DNA of 32,000 bases from Acaryochloris thomasi RCC1774. GTDB lineage: Bacteria; Cyanobacteriota; Cyanobacteriia; Thermosynechococcales; Thermosynechococcaceae. The DNA lies in the NCBI RefSeq assembly GCF_003231495.1, contig NZ_PQWO01000008.1:180001-212000 (forward strand), read 5' to 3'. Position numbers and translations under genes: made by a program. Below the pieces are notes generated by a model that made no database searches, was not told the DNA's origin, and saw only the letters and a program-made list of their open reading frames with translations. Shown here piece after piece: positions 1 to 8,343 of the stretch (position 1 is the stretch's first letter; every line of letters starts with the position of its first letter).

Positions 1-312
1 GACCTTCTTATCGGCATCCGCCAAGATAGGATAGTCAACCGTCGTGCATTGAGTTTCGTTGATATCACCAATCCAGCCTTGGTGAGAGGAACCATCATCA
101 ACGCTGAGGGCAATTGTTTTCACATTGCGCTTGTCAAACTCAGAGCGTAGCTTAGCAACTTCACCCAGCTCTGTGGTGCAGACAGGCGTGTAGTCAGCGG
201 GATGGGAAAAAAGCACCACCCAGCTATCACCGGCCCACTCATGGAAGTTAATCGTGCCAGCCGTAGAATCTTGAGTAAAATCAGGGACCGTATCGCCCAG
301 TTGCAAAGACAT
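1..312 (-). CDS. 1-Cys peroxiredoxin (Prx6 type), N-terminal 104 codons; the 3' end runs off the window
   Basis: Reverse translation from the ATG (310-312 on +) gives MSLQLGDTVPDFTQDSTAGTINFHEWAGDSWVVLFSHPADYTPVCTTELGEVAKLRSEFDKRNVKTIALSVDDGSSHQGWIGDINE... It carries the PVCTTE peroxidatic-Cys motif and the overall pattern of cyanobacterial 1-Cys Prx. GGAG lies 12 nt upstream of the ATG. The ORF is open to the window edge, so it is absent from the ORF track. Confidence 0.9.
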   Translation of the reverse strand, partial: MSLQLGDTVPDFTQDSTAGTINFHEWAGDSWVVLFSHPADYTPVCTTELGEVAKLRSEFDKRNVKTIALSVDDGSSHQGWIGDINETQCTTVDYPILADADKKV

Positions 313-675
313 CGTGTATAGAACTCCTGTGATGAAATTTTGCCGACCCGCAACAGTCAATGCTTGACCTGCAGTGCCGAAGCTTATTATTGACAGCCTA
401 ACTGTATCTAGTTGGGCCATTTGCTTCTGCTTTGATCATGACATACCCCGTTCATTGTGAACGTACGGTATTCCGACCGAGATTAGGTTCTTTATATTTC
501 GATAACGATTGCAGCGATGATGACTGTTGCAAGACCACTGCGAGATCAGCTCAACGTCCCTCTTTCAAGACACAAACCAAAGATTACACTAGCAAATACT
601 GGTTATCGGGCCGCACCATGAAGATGCCCAGTAAAATACAGAGGCCACCCCTATCGTGACCGAAAGATCTAAAGC

Positions 676-903
676 GTGATTCCTCAAGAATTCGTTGGGT
701 TTATTCCCAGTCTGCAGCCCGTCGCGCAGACCATTGAAAACCACCAGCTCACCTACACCTTCACCTGGGAAGTGCAGCGGCGACAAGAGCATCAACAGCA
801 CTGCCAATGGTATGCAAAAGTTGCAGAGCAAAACCGCAGAGAGCTAGAGCAGATGAAGGGAGACATTGACATCTTGAGCTGGATCCGCCGCGACCGGCGT
901 TGA
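676..903 (+). CDS. hypothetical small protein (75 aa), weakly supported
   Basis: GTG-initiated ORF just after an in-frame TAA at 670. By eye its codon choice resembles neighbouring genes (ccc, acc, ctc, cag rich). No recognisable family and no clear SD. Confidence 0.3.
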   Translation: MIPQEFVGFIPSLQPVAQTIENHQLTYTFTWEVQRRQEHQQHCQWYAKVAEQNRRELEQMKGDIDILSWIRRDRR

Positions 904-921
904 TTGAACCTTACAAACAGA

Positions 922-1923
922 CTACTTATACTGAATTCTTGGATCTAGAAATGCGTAGGACAGATCAACCAGCAAATTGATAACAGTGTAGGTAACCGCC
1001 ACAAAAATCACCCCGCCTAAAACAATGGGATAGTCACGATCCAAAATCCCCTCATAAATCCACAGCCCCAAACCCGGCCAGGCGAAGATTGTTTCCGTCA
1101 AGATTGCGCCACCCAGCAGCGTACCGAACTGTAGCCCCACAATTGTCATCACCGGTAGCAGTGCATTCTTAAGGCCGTGGGTCAAAACGACGCCAGCCTC
1201 CGGCACACCCTTAGCCCTAGCTGTCCGCATAAAATCCTGAGACAGCGTGCCGAGCATTGCACTGCGCGTAATCCGAGCCACAATTGCCAATGGAATAGAG
1301 CTGAGCGTTAAAGCAGGCAGCAGCAGATGGACTAGGGCACTGAGCAACATCTCTCCATCTAGCTGCACGATTGCATCCAACAGGTAGAATCCCGTCAGCG
1401 AGTGCCCAATGCCAATCCCTAGGCGACCACTCGGGGGCAGCCAGCCTAAGTTAACCGAGAACAAATACTTGAGCAATAAACCGAGCCAATAAACTGGCAT
1501 AGAGACCCCGAGCAGTGAAGCCCCCAAAGTCAGCTTGTCTAGCCAGCGATGCTGACGAACAGCCGCCAAAATTCCTGCCGGGATGCCGAGCAAGAGGGCA
1601 ATCAGAAGGGCGGCAGCGGCAAGCTCAAAGGTCGCGGGCCAGCGGGCAAAAATTTCCTGCCGCACCGGAACCCCTGAAATGATGCTGCGGCCAAAATCAA
1701 ACCGTGCGAGCCGGCGCAGCAGCGCCAGATACTGCTGCGGTAGCGGCTGATCGAGTCCAAGCTGAACCTGAAGCGCTGCCACCTGCTCTGGAGAAGCACG
1801 CTCCCCTAAGATGGCCTGAGCCGGTCCTCCCGGCAGGTAATGCAAAAAAAGAAAAACCAGCAGCGTGATCCCAAACAGGACGGCGCATAGGCTTAAGAGT
1901 CTTTGAATGAGATAGCGCTGCAT
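922..1923 (-). CDS. ABC transporter permease, peptide/nickel (DppB/OppB/NikB) family
   Basis: 333 aa polytopic membrane protein. N-terminus MQRYLIQRLL.. and the loop ..MRTARAKGVPEAGVVLTHGLKNALLPVMT.. are typical of binding-protein-dependent permeases of the Dpp/Opp family. Its ATG overlaps the stop of the upstream binding-protein gene (TAATG). Confidence 0.9.
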   Translation of the reverse strand: MQRYLIQRLLSLCAVLFGITLLVFLFLHYLPGGPAQAILGERASPEQVAALQVQLGLDQPLPQQYLALLRRLARFDFGRSIISGVPVRQEIFARWPATFELAAAALLIALLLGIPAGILAAVRQHRWLDKLTLGASLLGVSMPVYWLGLLLKYLFSVNLGWLPPSGRLGIGIGHSLTGFYLLDAIVQLDGEMLLSALVHLLLPALTLSSIPLAIVARITRSAMLGTLSQDFMRTARAKGVPEAGVVLTHGLKNALLPVMTIVGLQFGTLLGGAILTETIFAWPGLGLWIYEGILDRDYPIVLGGVIFVAVTYTVINLLVDLSYAFLDPRIQYK

Positions 1924-3545
1924 TAGCGTTCTACTGAATCACTCTCAGACACCTGCTCCAGGGATTCAATACCCAGGGGACTGGGAGACCAGCCCGTGAC
2001 CGTTGAACGTTTAGCCAATAGCGGCTGGGAATGCACGATGGGAATTCTCACCAGTTCTTGGGACAGAATCTGATCAACTTGTTGATAAATTTGGACTCGT
2101 TCGGCAGGTTCTATGGCCCGACGACCTTGATCTAGCAGATCTAAGACCTGGTCATTCTGCCACAGACCTAAATCCGTTGTGGCTCCGGGACCAAAGTGAG
2201 GGTAGTAAAAGTTATCTGGATCGCTATAGTCCCCTGTCCAGCCCATCATGAAGGCTTGGAAGCCCGGTTGACGGTTGCGATCGGTCAGATAGGCAGACCA
2301 GTCCTTTGTTTTAAGACTCACGCTGATGCCAACTTTGCCCAAGTCAGAGGCAAAGGCTTCAGAGATCGGCTTGGGTGTGGGGTAGTAGGGACGGGAGACG
2401 GGCATGTACCACAGCTCTAGATCAAACCCATCGGGATATCCTGCCTCAGCTAGGAGCTGCTTGGCTTGAGCGGGATCATAGTCATAGGTTGCCAGGGTTT
2501 GAGCCTGAAACTCTGCTAGGGATGGCGGCGTAAAGTGTTCATCTGTGGTTGCCAGATCTTTCCAGAAGGCTTGAACGATAGCCTCGCGGTCGATGGCGTG
2601 GGCAATAGCCTGGCGGACTTGCAGCTTGGCGAGGGGTGAATAGCTAGGGTTTAAGGCGAGATAACCCACGTTAAAAGAGGGACGCAGAATCACGTCTAAA
2701 GCAGGATCGGCTTCAACCTCTGCCCGCTGGTCGGGGGATAGGTCAACGGTAAAATCAACGGTTCCGGCCCTGAGTTCAGCGAGGCGGCTGGCCGGTTCAT
2801 CGATAAAGCGAATCACGAGCTGCTCTATTTTTGGTAAGTTCGGCTGCCAGTACTGGGAATTTCTCTGGAGCAAGATGCGATCGCCCGTCACCCACTCTTG
2901 AAAGACAAAGGGTCCGGTCCCCACGGCCATCGAGCCGATCAGCCCATAGTCAGCGCCAGCTTTGGCAACTGCGGCAGGACTGGCCATACCAAAGTATCCA
3001 GACGACAGCGCGGCCGGGAACCCCGCAAAGGGCTGCTTGATGATAAATTCCACCGTCAGATCATCAACCACGCTCACCCCCTGCAGCAAGGACGCCTCAT
3101 CTCCCTTGAAGCCGCCAAACAGATTCGTCCAGATCTCAAAGGTCTTGCCCGCATCACGAAACCCTAGGGCATTTCCAGGATCCCACCAGCGTTCGACATT
3201 AACCTTAACGGCTTCAGCATTGAAGGGCGTGTTGTCATGAAATTTGACCCCAGATCGCAGCTTAAAGGTCCATATGAGGCCATCCTCTGAGGCGTTCCAT
3301 TCAGTGGCAAGACCCGGTACCAAATCTGTTTTGCCCGACTCTACATGAACCAAGCGGTCATAGATTTGTTGCTGCACATAAATAGAGTTACCGTCTGTGA
3401 TGTTTCCAGGCTCTAAACTCACGGGTTGACCGACTGACGCAAAGACAAGCGTGCCGTCAGGACGAGCCTGCGGGCTGCGTCCGCAGTTGGGTAGTACGAC
3501 AATCAGTAAGGCAACGATAAACATCATCAGCCAGCGCTGCCGCAT
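1923..3545 (-). CDS. ABC transporter substrate-binding protein, family 5 (DppA/OppA/NikA-like)
   Basis: Track ORF 1923..3575. Size and sequence pattern fit family-5 solute-binding proteins (..LVHVESGKTDLVPGLATEW.., ..LRSGVKFHDNTPFNAEAV..). I prefer Met11 (3545) as the start because it opens a signal/lipoprotein-like peptide, MRQRWLMMFIVALLIVVLPNCG. Confidence 0.9.
   Translation of the reverse strand: MRQRWLMMFIVALLIVVLPNCGRSPQARPDGTLVFASVGQPVSLEPGNITDGNSIYVQQQIYDRLVHVESGKTDLVPGLATEWNASEDGLIWTFKLRSGVKFHDNTPFNAEAVKVNVERWWDPGNALGFRDAGKTFEIWTNLFGGFKGDEASLLQGVSVVDDLTVEFIIKQPFAGFPAALSSGYFGMASPAAVAKAGADYGLIGSMAVGTGPFVFQEWVTGDRILLQRNSQYWQPNLPKIEQLVIRFIDEPASRLAELRAGTVDFTVDLSPDQRAEVEADPALDVILRPSFNVGYLALNPSYSPLAKLQVRQAIAHAIDREAIVQAFWKDLATTDEHFTPPSLAEFQAQTLATYDYDPAQAKQLLAEAGYPDGFDLELWYMPVSRPYYPTPKPISEAFASDLGKVGISVSLKTKDWSAYLTDRNRQPGFQAFMMGWTGDYSDPDNFYYPHFGPGATTDLGLWQNDQVLDLLDQGRRAIEPAERVQIYQQVDQILSQELVRIPIVHSQPLLAKRSTVTGWSPSPLGIESLEQVSESDSVER
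2877..2884. repeat. HIP1 (GCGATCGC) copy; representative of at least 15 copies in the window
   Basis: Exact octamers start at 2877, 4467, 6965, 10051, 13166, 14370, 15463, 16072, 17062, 19668, 21656, 22467, 26070, 31030 and 31983. These were found by eye, so the list may be incomplete. Confidence 0.95.
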
Positions 3546-3720
3546 TTTGCTGACAGATAAGCAAAGGTCAATCATAGAGATGGGGAACGAGGGGATAGCA
3601 CCATTCTCCCGATTGAATCAGCTTCTGCCGCTTTTGTCTTGTCCCGCCTTTCTTCAATCTCTAATTGTTTTGATGCCTGATCGGACAGGATTTGTGCTAG
3701 TTTAAGATCTGCCTAAACCT

Positions 3721-3791
3721 GCGGGTGTAGTTTAGTGGTAAAACCTTAGCCTTCCAAGCTAATGATGGGGGTTCGATTCCCCCCACCCGCT
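3721..3791 (+). tRNA. tRNA-Gly (anticodon UCC)
   Basis: Hand-folded cloverleaf. Acceptor GCGGGTG/CACCCGC, D arm GTTT-AGTGGTA-AAAC, anticodon arm TTAGC-CTTCCAA-GCTAA (anticodon TCC). Variable loop TGAT, T arm GGGGG-TTCGATT-CCCCC, discriminator T. CCA is not encoded. Confidence 0.9.
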
Positions 3792-4331
3792 CTTTTTCTT
3801 AAAGTTGCAGTTTATACGGATGTGCGTTGATAGATTCGCTATGTTGTTCGCATCATCTGTTGCAGCAAGCTGCGGGGCTAAATCCAATGACCAACGTACC
3901 CATCTCTATCTGCGGAATGACGTTCTTTCCCGAGAACTTAAATGGTCAAGTGACGAAGGATCTTTTGCCGAGTGCTTCCGACCATCAGAAGGTATCTGCA
4001 TTAAGAACTGAAAATATACCTATGCGGCCCAAGGCTGCAGCAAAGGCAACAGAGCAGCTCTTCCCGAAGGGTGGGCGCTTCTTAAAGCTAATGTCTCGAT
4101 TCCCTTTTTATCAAGCTCGGATGCAGTCATTAGACGTTGATGCGCAATCGCAGGGTCAGGGAATAACTCAGGGATGCGTTAGCAATGATCGGATTCAGAC
4201 GGTGGAGCAGAACCACGAGAGAAAGCTCGGACAATAACATCTAGCCGTTAGCTCTTCTCTTTGAGAGTTATGCAATCCATCAAAGATTCAGCTTATACCT
4301 CACAATTTTGCCTGCGATTAACTCCTACTAT

Positions 4332-4357
4332 CTCAGCCTCATGGCTGAGTTTTTTTT
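4332..4357 (+). terminator. rho-independent terminator (plus-strand orientation) embedded in the 3' end of the minus-strand GNAT gene
   Basis: Stem CTCAGCC (4332-4338) / GGCTGAG (4343-4349), loop TCAT, followed by T8 (4350-4357). The T-run follows the hairpin only on the + strand. On the minus strand the same bases encode ..KKTQP-stop. Confidence 0.5.
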
Positions 4358-4824
4358 GACTGTTCGCACAGATCTAAGCGCATTTCGTTCGATGGGATGA
4401 AACCCAGATGCTCATAAACAGGCTGGCCAGAGGGAGAAGCATGGAGAATAGCCCGGGTGCAGTGTTGCGATCGCAAATATTCCACCGCCATCTCAGTCAG
4501 CCGCGTCCCAATCCCCTGCCCCCGATAGTCCGGCTCCACATACACGCCCCAAATATAGCCGTATTTACGCTGTGTTTCTGCAAGAATCAACGGGTACAGG
4601 CCATCGAAGAGTTGGCAACCGACAGACCCTACCACTCGCCCTTCGACCTCAACCACAAAAGCTCGGTAGTTTAGAGTCTTGCGGGCATTGGCGATGAACT
4701 CAACCGTAACGGTTAACCAATCATCAATCAGGCCTTGTTCTGGCACCTGATTGTCACGCCAAAGCTGGTAGAAATGTAGAGCCAGCAGATGATCCTCTTG
4801 GGGGATAGCCTCTCGAACCAGCAC
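4339..4824 (-). CDS. GNAT family N-acetyltransferase
   Basis: 161 aa. Acetyl-CoA binding motif A ..YRGQGIGTRLTEMAVEYLRS.. and C-terminal ..PVYEHLGFIP.. are typical of GNAT. GTG start is preceded by AGGAGG. It lies 15 nt downstream of the PRK-like gene, so an operon is likely. Confidence 0.85.
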   Translation of the reverse strand: MLVREAIPQEDHLLALHFYQLWRDNQVPEQGLIDDWLTVTVEFIANARKTLNYRAFVVEVEGRVVGSVGCQLFDGLYPLILAETQRKYGYIWGVYVEPDYRGQGIGTRLTEMAVEYLRSQHCTRAILHASPSGQPVYEHLGFIPSNEMRLDLCEQSKKTQP

Positions 4825-4837
4825 TTTTAAACCTCCT

Positions 4838-4863
4838 GCTCAGCCGCCTTGCTCAGCCGCCTT
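4838..4863. repeat. perfect 13-bp tandem duplication (GCTCAGCCGCCTT x2) spanning the stop codon of the PRK-like gene
   Basis: Read directly: 4838-4850 is identical to 4851-4863. The unit length is not a multiple of 3. Confidence 0.9.
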
Positions 4864-5781
4864 TAGCATGTGGTAAGTCAGCATTAGCTGCGTTAGAGCT
4901 AGGGGATAGCTCTGTAGCGTTTCCCCCGTCGTGCCGACCAGCTTACCGATGTCTTCGTTACCCTGAAGGCTACAGAACTGTCCGAGGTAGGGAACTTCGT
5001 TGCAGAGGATGTGCTCCAGCTCGACGACCTGTTCCTTAGTGGCATGACCGTCGATTTCTAGTACATCGACAGGCTTACCCATATCTCGCTCAAGGTCTAA
5101 GCGAATCGCTTCCCCCAGATGACTCCCCTCAGGATTGAGAATTTCTGTCAGATTGGGATGGGGAATGGTCGGTCTCAGGGTCAATCTGACATTGAGTAAC
5201 AGATCATTCTGTCCCGAACCTTCTTCAGGAGGGTAAAAGGAGACGATCATGTCAGACCACTGGCGCTGGGGACGAATATAGGCTTCTGAATCAAATTCGC
5301 GCATCTTCAGCTGTTCACGAACCTGTTCTTCGGTGTAGCCTCGTTTTCCTGTATCTCGTTTAATTTTCCAGGATGCTCGCAATGACTCTGGCGGTGCAAG
5401 GTAGGCCTTCACATCAAAGCTATCCCGAGCCGCACGGGTGGAGTAACCCAACAGCCCTTCCAGAATGACGTATTTCCGAGGTTCAATATATTCGGGCGCA
5501 TCGAACCCACCCGTGGAGTGGTTGTAAATGGGCTTCAGAATCGGCTGCCCATCCCGCAGGAGCCGGAAGTGCTGCTCCATAATATCGACGTAATTGCACT
5601 CTGGCGCTAACGCAGAGATCTTCATCTCTGCTCGCTGCTTGCGATCGTAGCGATGATAGTCATCGGTGCAAATAACCGTGACGTCTTCTTCGCCGAGAAT
5701 TTTAGCAATACCTCGGGTGAGGGTAGTTTTACCGGCGGCGCTATCCCCTACAATCCCGAGAATGATTGGACGGTTACTCAT
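4840..5781 (-). CDS. phosphoribulokinase/uridine kinase family protein (PRK-like paralog)
   Basis: 313 aa. P-loop GIVGDSAAGKTT. Colinear with plant/cyanobacterial PRK blocks (..VICTDDYHRYDR.., ..KPIYNHSTGGFD.., ..WKIKRDTGKRGYTEEQV.., ..DSEAYIRPQRQWSDMIV..). It has Ala where redox-regulated PRKs have the P-loop Cys (GDSGCGKS). Confidence 0.8.
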   Translation of the reverse strand: MSNRPIILGIVGDSAAGKTTLTRGIAKILGEEDVTVICTDDYHRYDRKQRAEMKISALAPECNYVDIMEQHFRLLRDGQPILKPIYNHSTGGFDAPEYIEPRKYVILEGLLGYSTRAARDSFDVKAYLAPPESLRASWKIKRDTGKRGYTEEQVREQLKMREFDSEAYIRPQRQWSDMIVSFYPPEEGSGQNDLLLNVRLTLRPTIPHPNLTEILNPEGSHLGEAIRLDLERDMGKPVDVLEIDGHATKEQVVELEHILCNEVPYLGQFCSLQGNEDIGKLVGTTGETLQSYPLALTQLMLTYHMLKAAEQGG

Positions 5782-6019
5782 GAAGTCTCCTTAAAGCTTA
5801 CAAATGGTCAACAAATTTGAGTGAGGTGCCCCATAGCTTCAGGACAGGGATAGAGCACGGCAATGCTTGAATTTTAAGGCACTGCAGCCCCCTTTATCTA
5901 TCTCAGGTCTCATTGAGAAGAGGCATGAGTCTCTGGTAGCATCCCTCTAGGATTGGTTTCAGTGGCCGGAATGTCAGCGGGCCGACCATCCATTCACACC
6001 TCACGGAGAGCAACGAAAG

Positions 6020-6538
6020 ATGGGACTTTTCGATCAAATTGTAAGCGCCATTGATAACCCCAACCTGCAGGCCAGTACTGGACAACTTGGCGGAATTCTC
6101 AACACAGTTCAGAGTTTGAGCAACGCTCAAGGAGCAAATCCTGAGTCAACCCAAACGGCTGTAGGTGTTGTCGGTAAACATGTGCGCTCGGCATTAAAGT
6201 CGCAGCCATCGGGTGGGCAGGCGCAAGCACTTGTCGATCAGTACAGCGGGACAGGGACCAACCCTGAGGCCGTAAACACACTGTTCTCTGAAGGACAGCA
6301 GCAGCAGATGGTACAGGAAATTTCTCAGAGAACGGGGCTAGATTCGAAGGCCATTGCGGGAATGTTGCCAATGCTAGTGCCCTTAGTCTTGAATCTGCTC
6401 AATAGCGGTAGCCAAAGCAAAGATCCACGACAGGGCGGCAATCCTGTTTTGAATAGCTTTTTAGATAGCAATGGCGATGGTGACGTCGATGTCTCTGACG
6501 CGATGAGGATGGCGGGTCAGTTTTTGAGTAAGCGCTAG
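6020..6538 (+). CDS. DUF937-like hypothetical protein with a C-terminal EF-hand-like acidic loop
   Basis: 172 aa. N-terminus [28 protein letters not shown] and the low-complexity Q/G/S middle resemble DUF937 proteins as I recall them. [12 protein letters not shown] near the C-terminus resembles a Ca-binding loop. GGAGAG SD upstream. Its 3' end overlaps gatB by 4 nt (convergent). Confidence 0.5.
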   Translation: MGLFDQIVSAIDNPNLQASTGQLGGILNTVQSLSNAQGANPESTQTAVGVVGKHVRSALKSQPSGGQAQALVDQYSGTGTNPEAVNTLFSEGQQQQMVQEISQRTGLDSKAIAGMLPMLVPLVLNLLNSGSQSKDPRQGGNPVLNSFLDSNGDGDVDVSDAMRMAGQFLSKR

Positions 6539-8019
6539 CCCTTGAGCTTCTTGCTCAGCATTTGATTCGTGGCCTTGGGATCAGCTCGACCGCTGGTGCG
6601 CTTCATCACCTGCCCCATAAAGAACCCCTGCAGCTTTGTCTTGCCGTTACGGTACTGCTCTAGCTCGTTGGGGTTATCGGCAAGCACTGAATCAATCAGC
6701 TCCTCTAGCGCTGCAGTGTCGGTGATTTGGGTTAAACCCTTTTTCTCCACCAGCACTTTTGGGGAGCCTCCTTCCGTCAGCAGTTCCGGCAGGATCTCTT
6801 TAGCAATTTTGCCGCTGATGGTTTGGTCTTCGATTAAGCCGATCAGCTCCGCTAGATGCTTTGGCTTGAGGGCAATGTCGTCAATTTTGAGGTTGCCGTT
6901 GTTGAGGTAGCCGGTGATGTCTCCCATGAGCCAGTTGGCGGCCTGTTTAGCCGGGGTGGGGGTTGCGATCGCATCTTCAAAAAACCGAGTAATTCCGTGA
7001 TCATCGGTGAGCACACGGGTATCGTAGGGCGACAAACCTAACTCCGTCTCATAGCGATGGCGCTTCGCCGCAGGCAGCTCCGGCAGTTCTCCTTGCCACT
7101 CTTTAAGCCGTTTAGCAGCCACCTCAATCGGCGTCAAATCAGGTTCCGGGAAGTAGCGATAGTCGCTGGCCCCTTCTTTCAAGCGCATACTCACGGTGCG
7201 CTGCTTGCCCTCTTCCCAGAGGCGCGTTTCTTGATAAAGCTGACCGCCCGACTCCAATTCATTAATCTGGCGTTCAATCTCGTAGTCAATGGCCCGGTGA
7301 ATGGCGCTGAATGAGTTCATGTTTTTGATCTCGATCTTGGTGCCAAACTTCTCTTGGCCCACCGGACGCACCGAAATATTAACGTCACAGCGCAGGGAAC
7401 CTTCCTGCATATTGCCGTCGCTAACGCCCAAATAGCGGACAATTCGACGGATCTCCTGTGCATACTCCGCCGCCTCTTGGCCGGATCGCATATCAGGCTC
7501 GGACACAATCTCAACCAGCGGCACACCTGTACGATTGAAGTCCACCAGTGAATGCGTCGAACCCGAGAGGCGCTCGCTGCCACCGTGGACCAGCTTGCCC
7601 GCGTCTTCTTCCATATGCAAACGGGTAACGCCAATCTTCTTGCGCGTCACCTCACCCGCTTCAGAAAGCATCTCGATCTCTAACCAGCCGTGCTCAGCAA
7701 TCGGCAGATCGAACTGCGAAACTTGGTAATTCTTGGGCAGATCCGGGTAGAAATATTGCTTGCGGTCAAACTTGCTGTAGTCTGCGATCTTGCAGTTGAG
7801 GGCAAGGCCCGCCTTGACGGCGTATTCTAAAACCGTCTCGTTTAAGACCGGCAGCACACCCGGCATCCCCATGCAAACGGGGCAAACGTTGTGATTGGGG
7901 TCTGCGCCAAAGGTAGTGGAACACTTGCAGAAAATTTTTGTAGCTGTACTGAGCTGACAGTGGGTCTCTAGACCAATAACCGCTTCATACTCTGTCTTCA
8001 CAGGAGCTTTAGTAACCAT
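6535..8019 (-). CDS. gatB: Asp-tRNA(Asn)/Glu-tRNA(Gln) amidotransferase subunit B
   Basis: 494 aa. N-terminus ..[45 protein letters not shown].. and the C-terminal YqeY-like tail are hallmark GatB. Confidence 0.95.
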   Translation of the reverse strand: MVTKAPVKTEYEAVIGLETHCQLSTATKIFCKCSTTFGADPNHNVCPVCMGMPGVLPVLNETVLEYAVKAGLALNCKIADYSKFDRKQYFYPDLPKNYQVSQFDLPIAEHGWLEIEMLSEAGEVTRKKIGVTRLHMEEDAGKLVHGGSERLSGSTHSLVDFNRTGVPLVEIVSEPDMRSGQEAAEYAQEIRRIVRYLGVSDGNMQEGSLRCDVNISVRPVGQEKFGTKIEIKNMNSFSAIHRAIDYEIERQINELESGGQLYQETRLWEEGKQRTVSMRLKEGASDYRYFPEPDLTPIEVAAKRLKEWQGELPELPAAKRHRYETELGLSPYDTRVLTDDHGITRFFEDAIATPTPAKQAANWLMGDITGYLNNGNLKIDDIALKPKHLAELIGLIEDQTISGKIAKEILPELLTEGGSPKVLVEKKGLTQITDTAALEELIDSVLADNPNELEQYRNGKTKLQGFFMGQVMKRTSGRADPKATNQMLSKKLKG

Positions 8020-8095
8020 TCAGACTAGCCTTTGTGCAACGAACCTTGTCCCTATTCTAGGAGGTTTGCGCCCGTTCAGCCGTCTCTTTAAGAAG

Positions 8096-8120
8096 CCAAA
8101 ATTGGGGTGGGGGCACCCCA
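8096..8120 (-). terminator. candidate intrinsic terminator downstream of petL
   Basis: On the minus strand: TGGGGTG-CCCC-CACCCCA hairpin (8103-8120 on +) followed by ATTTTGG. The T-run is short, so it may be leaky into gatB. Confidence 0.4.
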
Positions 8121-8127
8121 GTCTCAT

Positions 8128-8223
8128 TTAGATAAGCTTCACTGCTTTGAGGATGTAAAACAGCCCCACTGCGTTACCGATAAAGATACTAAGAAATAAG
8201 ACGTAGGCAAATACACCAGCCAT
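8128..8223 (-). CDS. petL: cytochrome b6-f complex subunit PetL (31 aa)
   Basis: ATG (8221-8223 on +) preceded by GGAGG at an 8-nt spacing. Translation is MAGVFAYVLFLSIFIGNAVGLFYILKAVKLI. It is a single TM helix with a ..K-x-x-KLI end, closely matching cyanobacterial PetL as I recall it (e.g. ..GAVFYIVFIALFFGIAVGIIFAIKSIKLI). It is below the 60-aa ORF-track cutoff. Confidence 0.8.
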   Translation of the reverse strand: MAGVFAYVLFLSIFIGNAVGLFYILKAVKLI

Positions 8224-8343
8224 TGAGAGACCTCCAGGTTTAAAACTGCGGGGAATAGATTCCCTCTAAGTAGCTTAGGGGATTGCGATGGCCTTCGACT
8301 AGCTTTTTTTGTCGCTGCGGCTCTCTCAAGGGGCGCTTGAGAG

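Noticed and set aside
120-353. 77-aa minus-strand track ORF
   Set aside because: It overlaps the well-supported peroxiredoxin CDS (1..312) in another frame, and its composition is not protein-like.
432-659. 75-aa plus-strand track ORF in the spacer after the peroxiredoxin gene
   Set aside because: Odd composition (Cys/Asp/Ser/Thr/Lys patches), no SD and no recognisable family. I treat the 313-675 region as non-coding or promoter sequence.
4096-4104. 9-nt match (TCGATTCCC) to the T-arm of the upstream tRNA-Gly, considered as an att-site remnant of an integrated element
   Set aside because: The match is short and internal to the tRNA rather than at its 3' end. Allowing for all possible tRNA 9-mers, a chance match in 540 nt is not rare, and no integrase or other mobile-element gene is present.
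3805-4237. Track ORFs 3805..4011 and 3827..4237 downstream of tRNA-Gly
   Set aside because: Weak or non-ATG starts, overlapping frames, no family resemblance, and codon usage that by eye is unlike the neighbours. The region is reported as a finding instead of calling a CDS.
5903-6130. 75-aa minus-strand ORF overlapping the start of the DUF937-like gene
   Set aside because: It is a shadow of the promoter region and 5' end of the better-supported plus-strand gene, with no start context.
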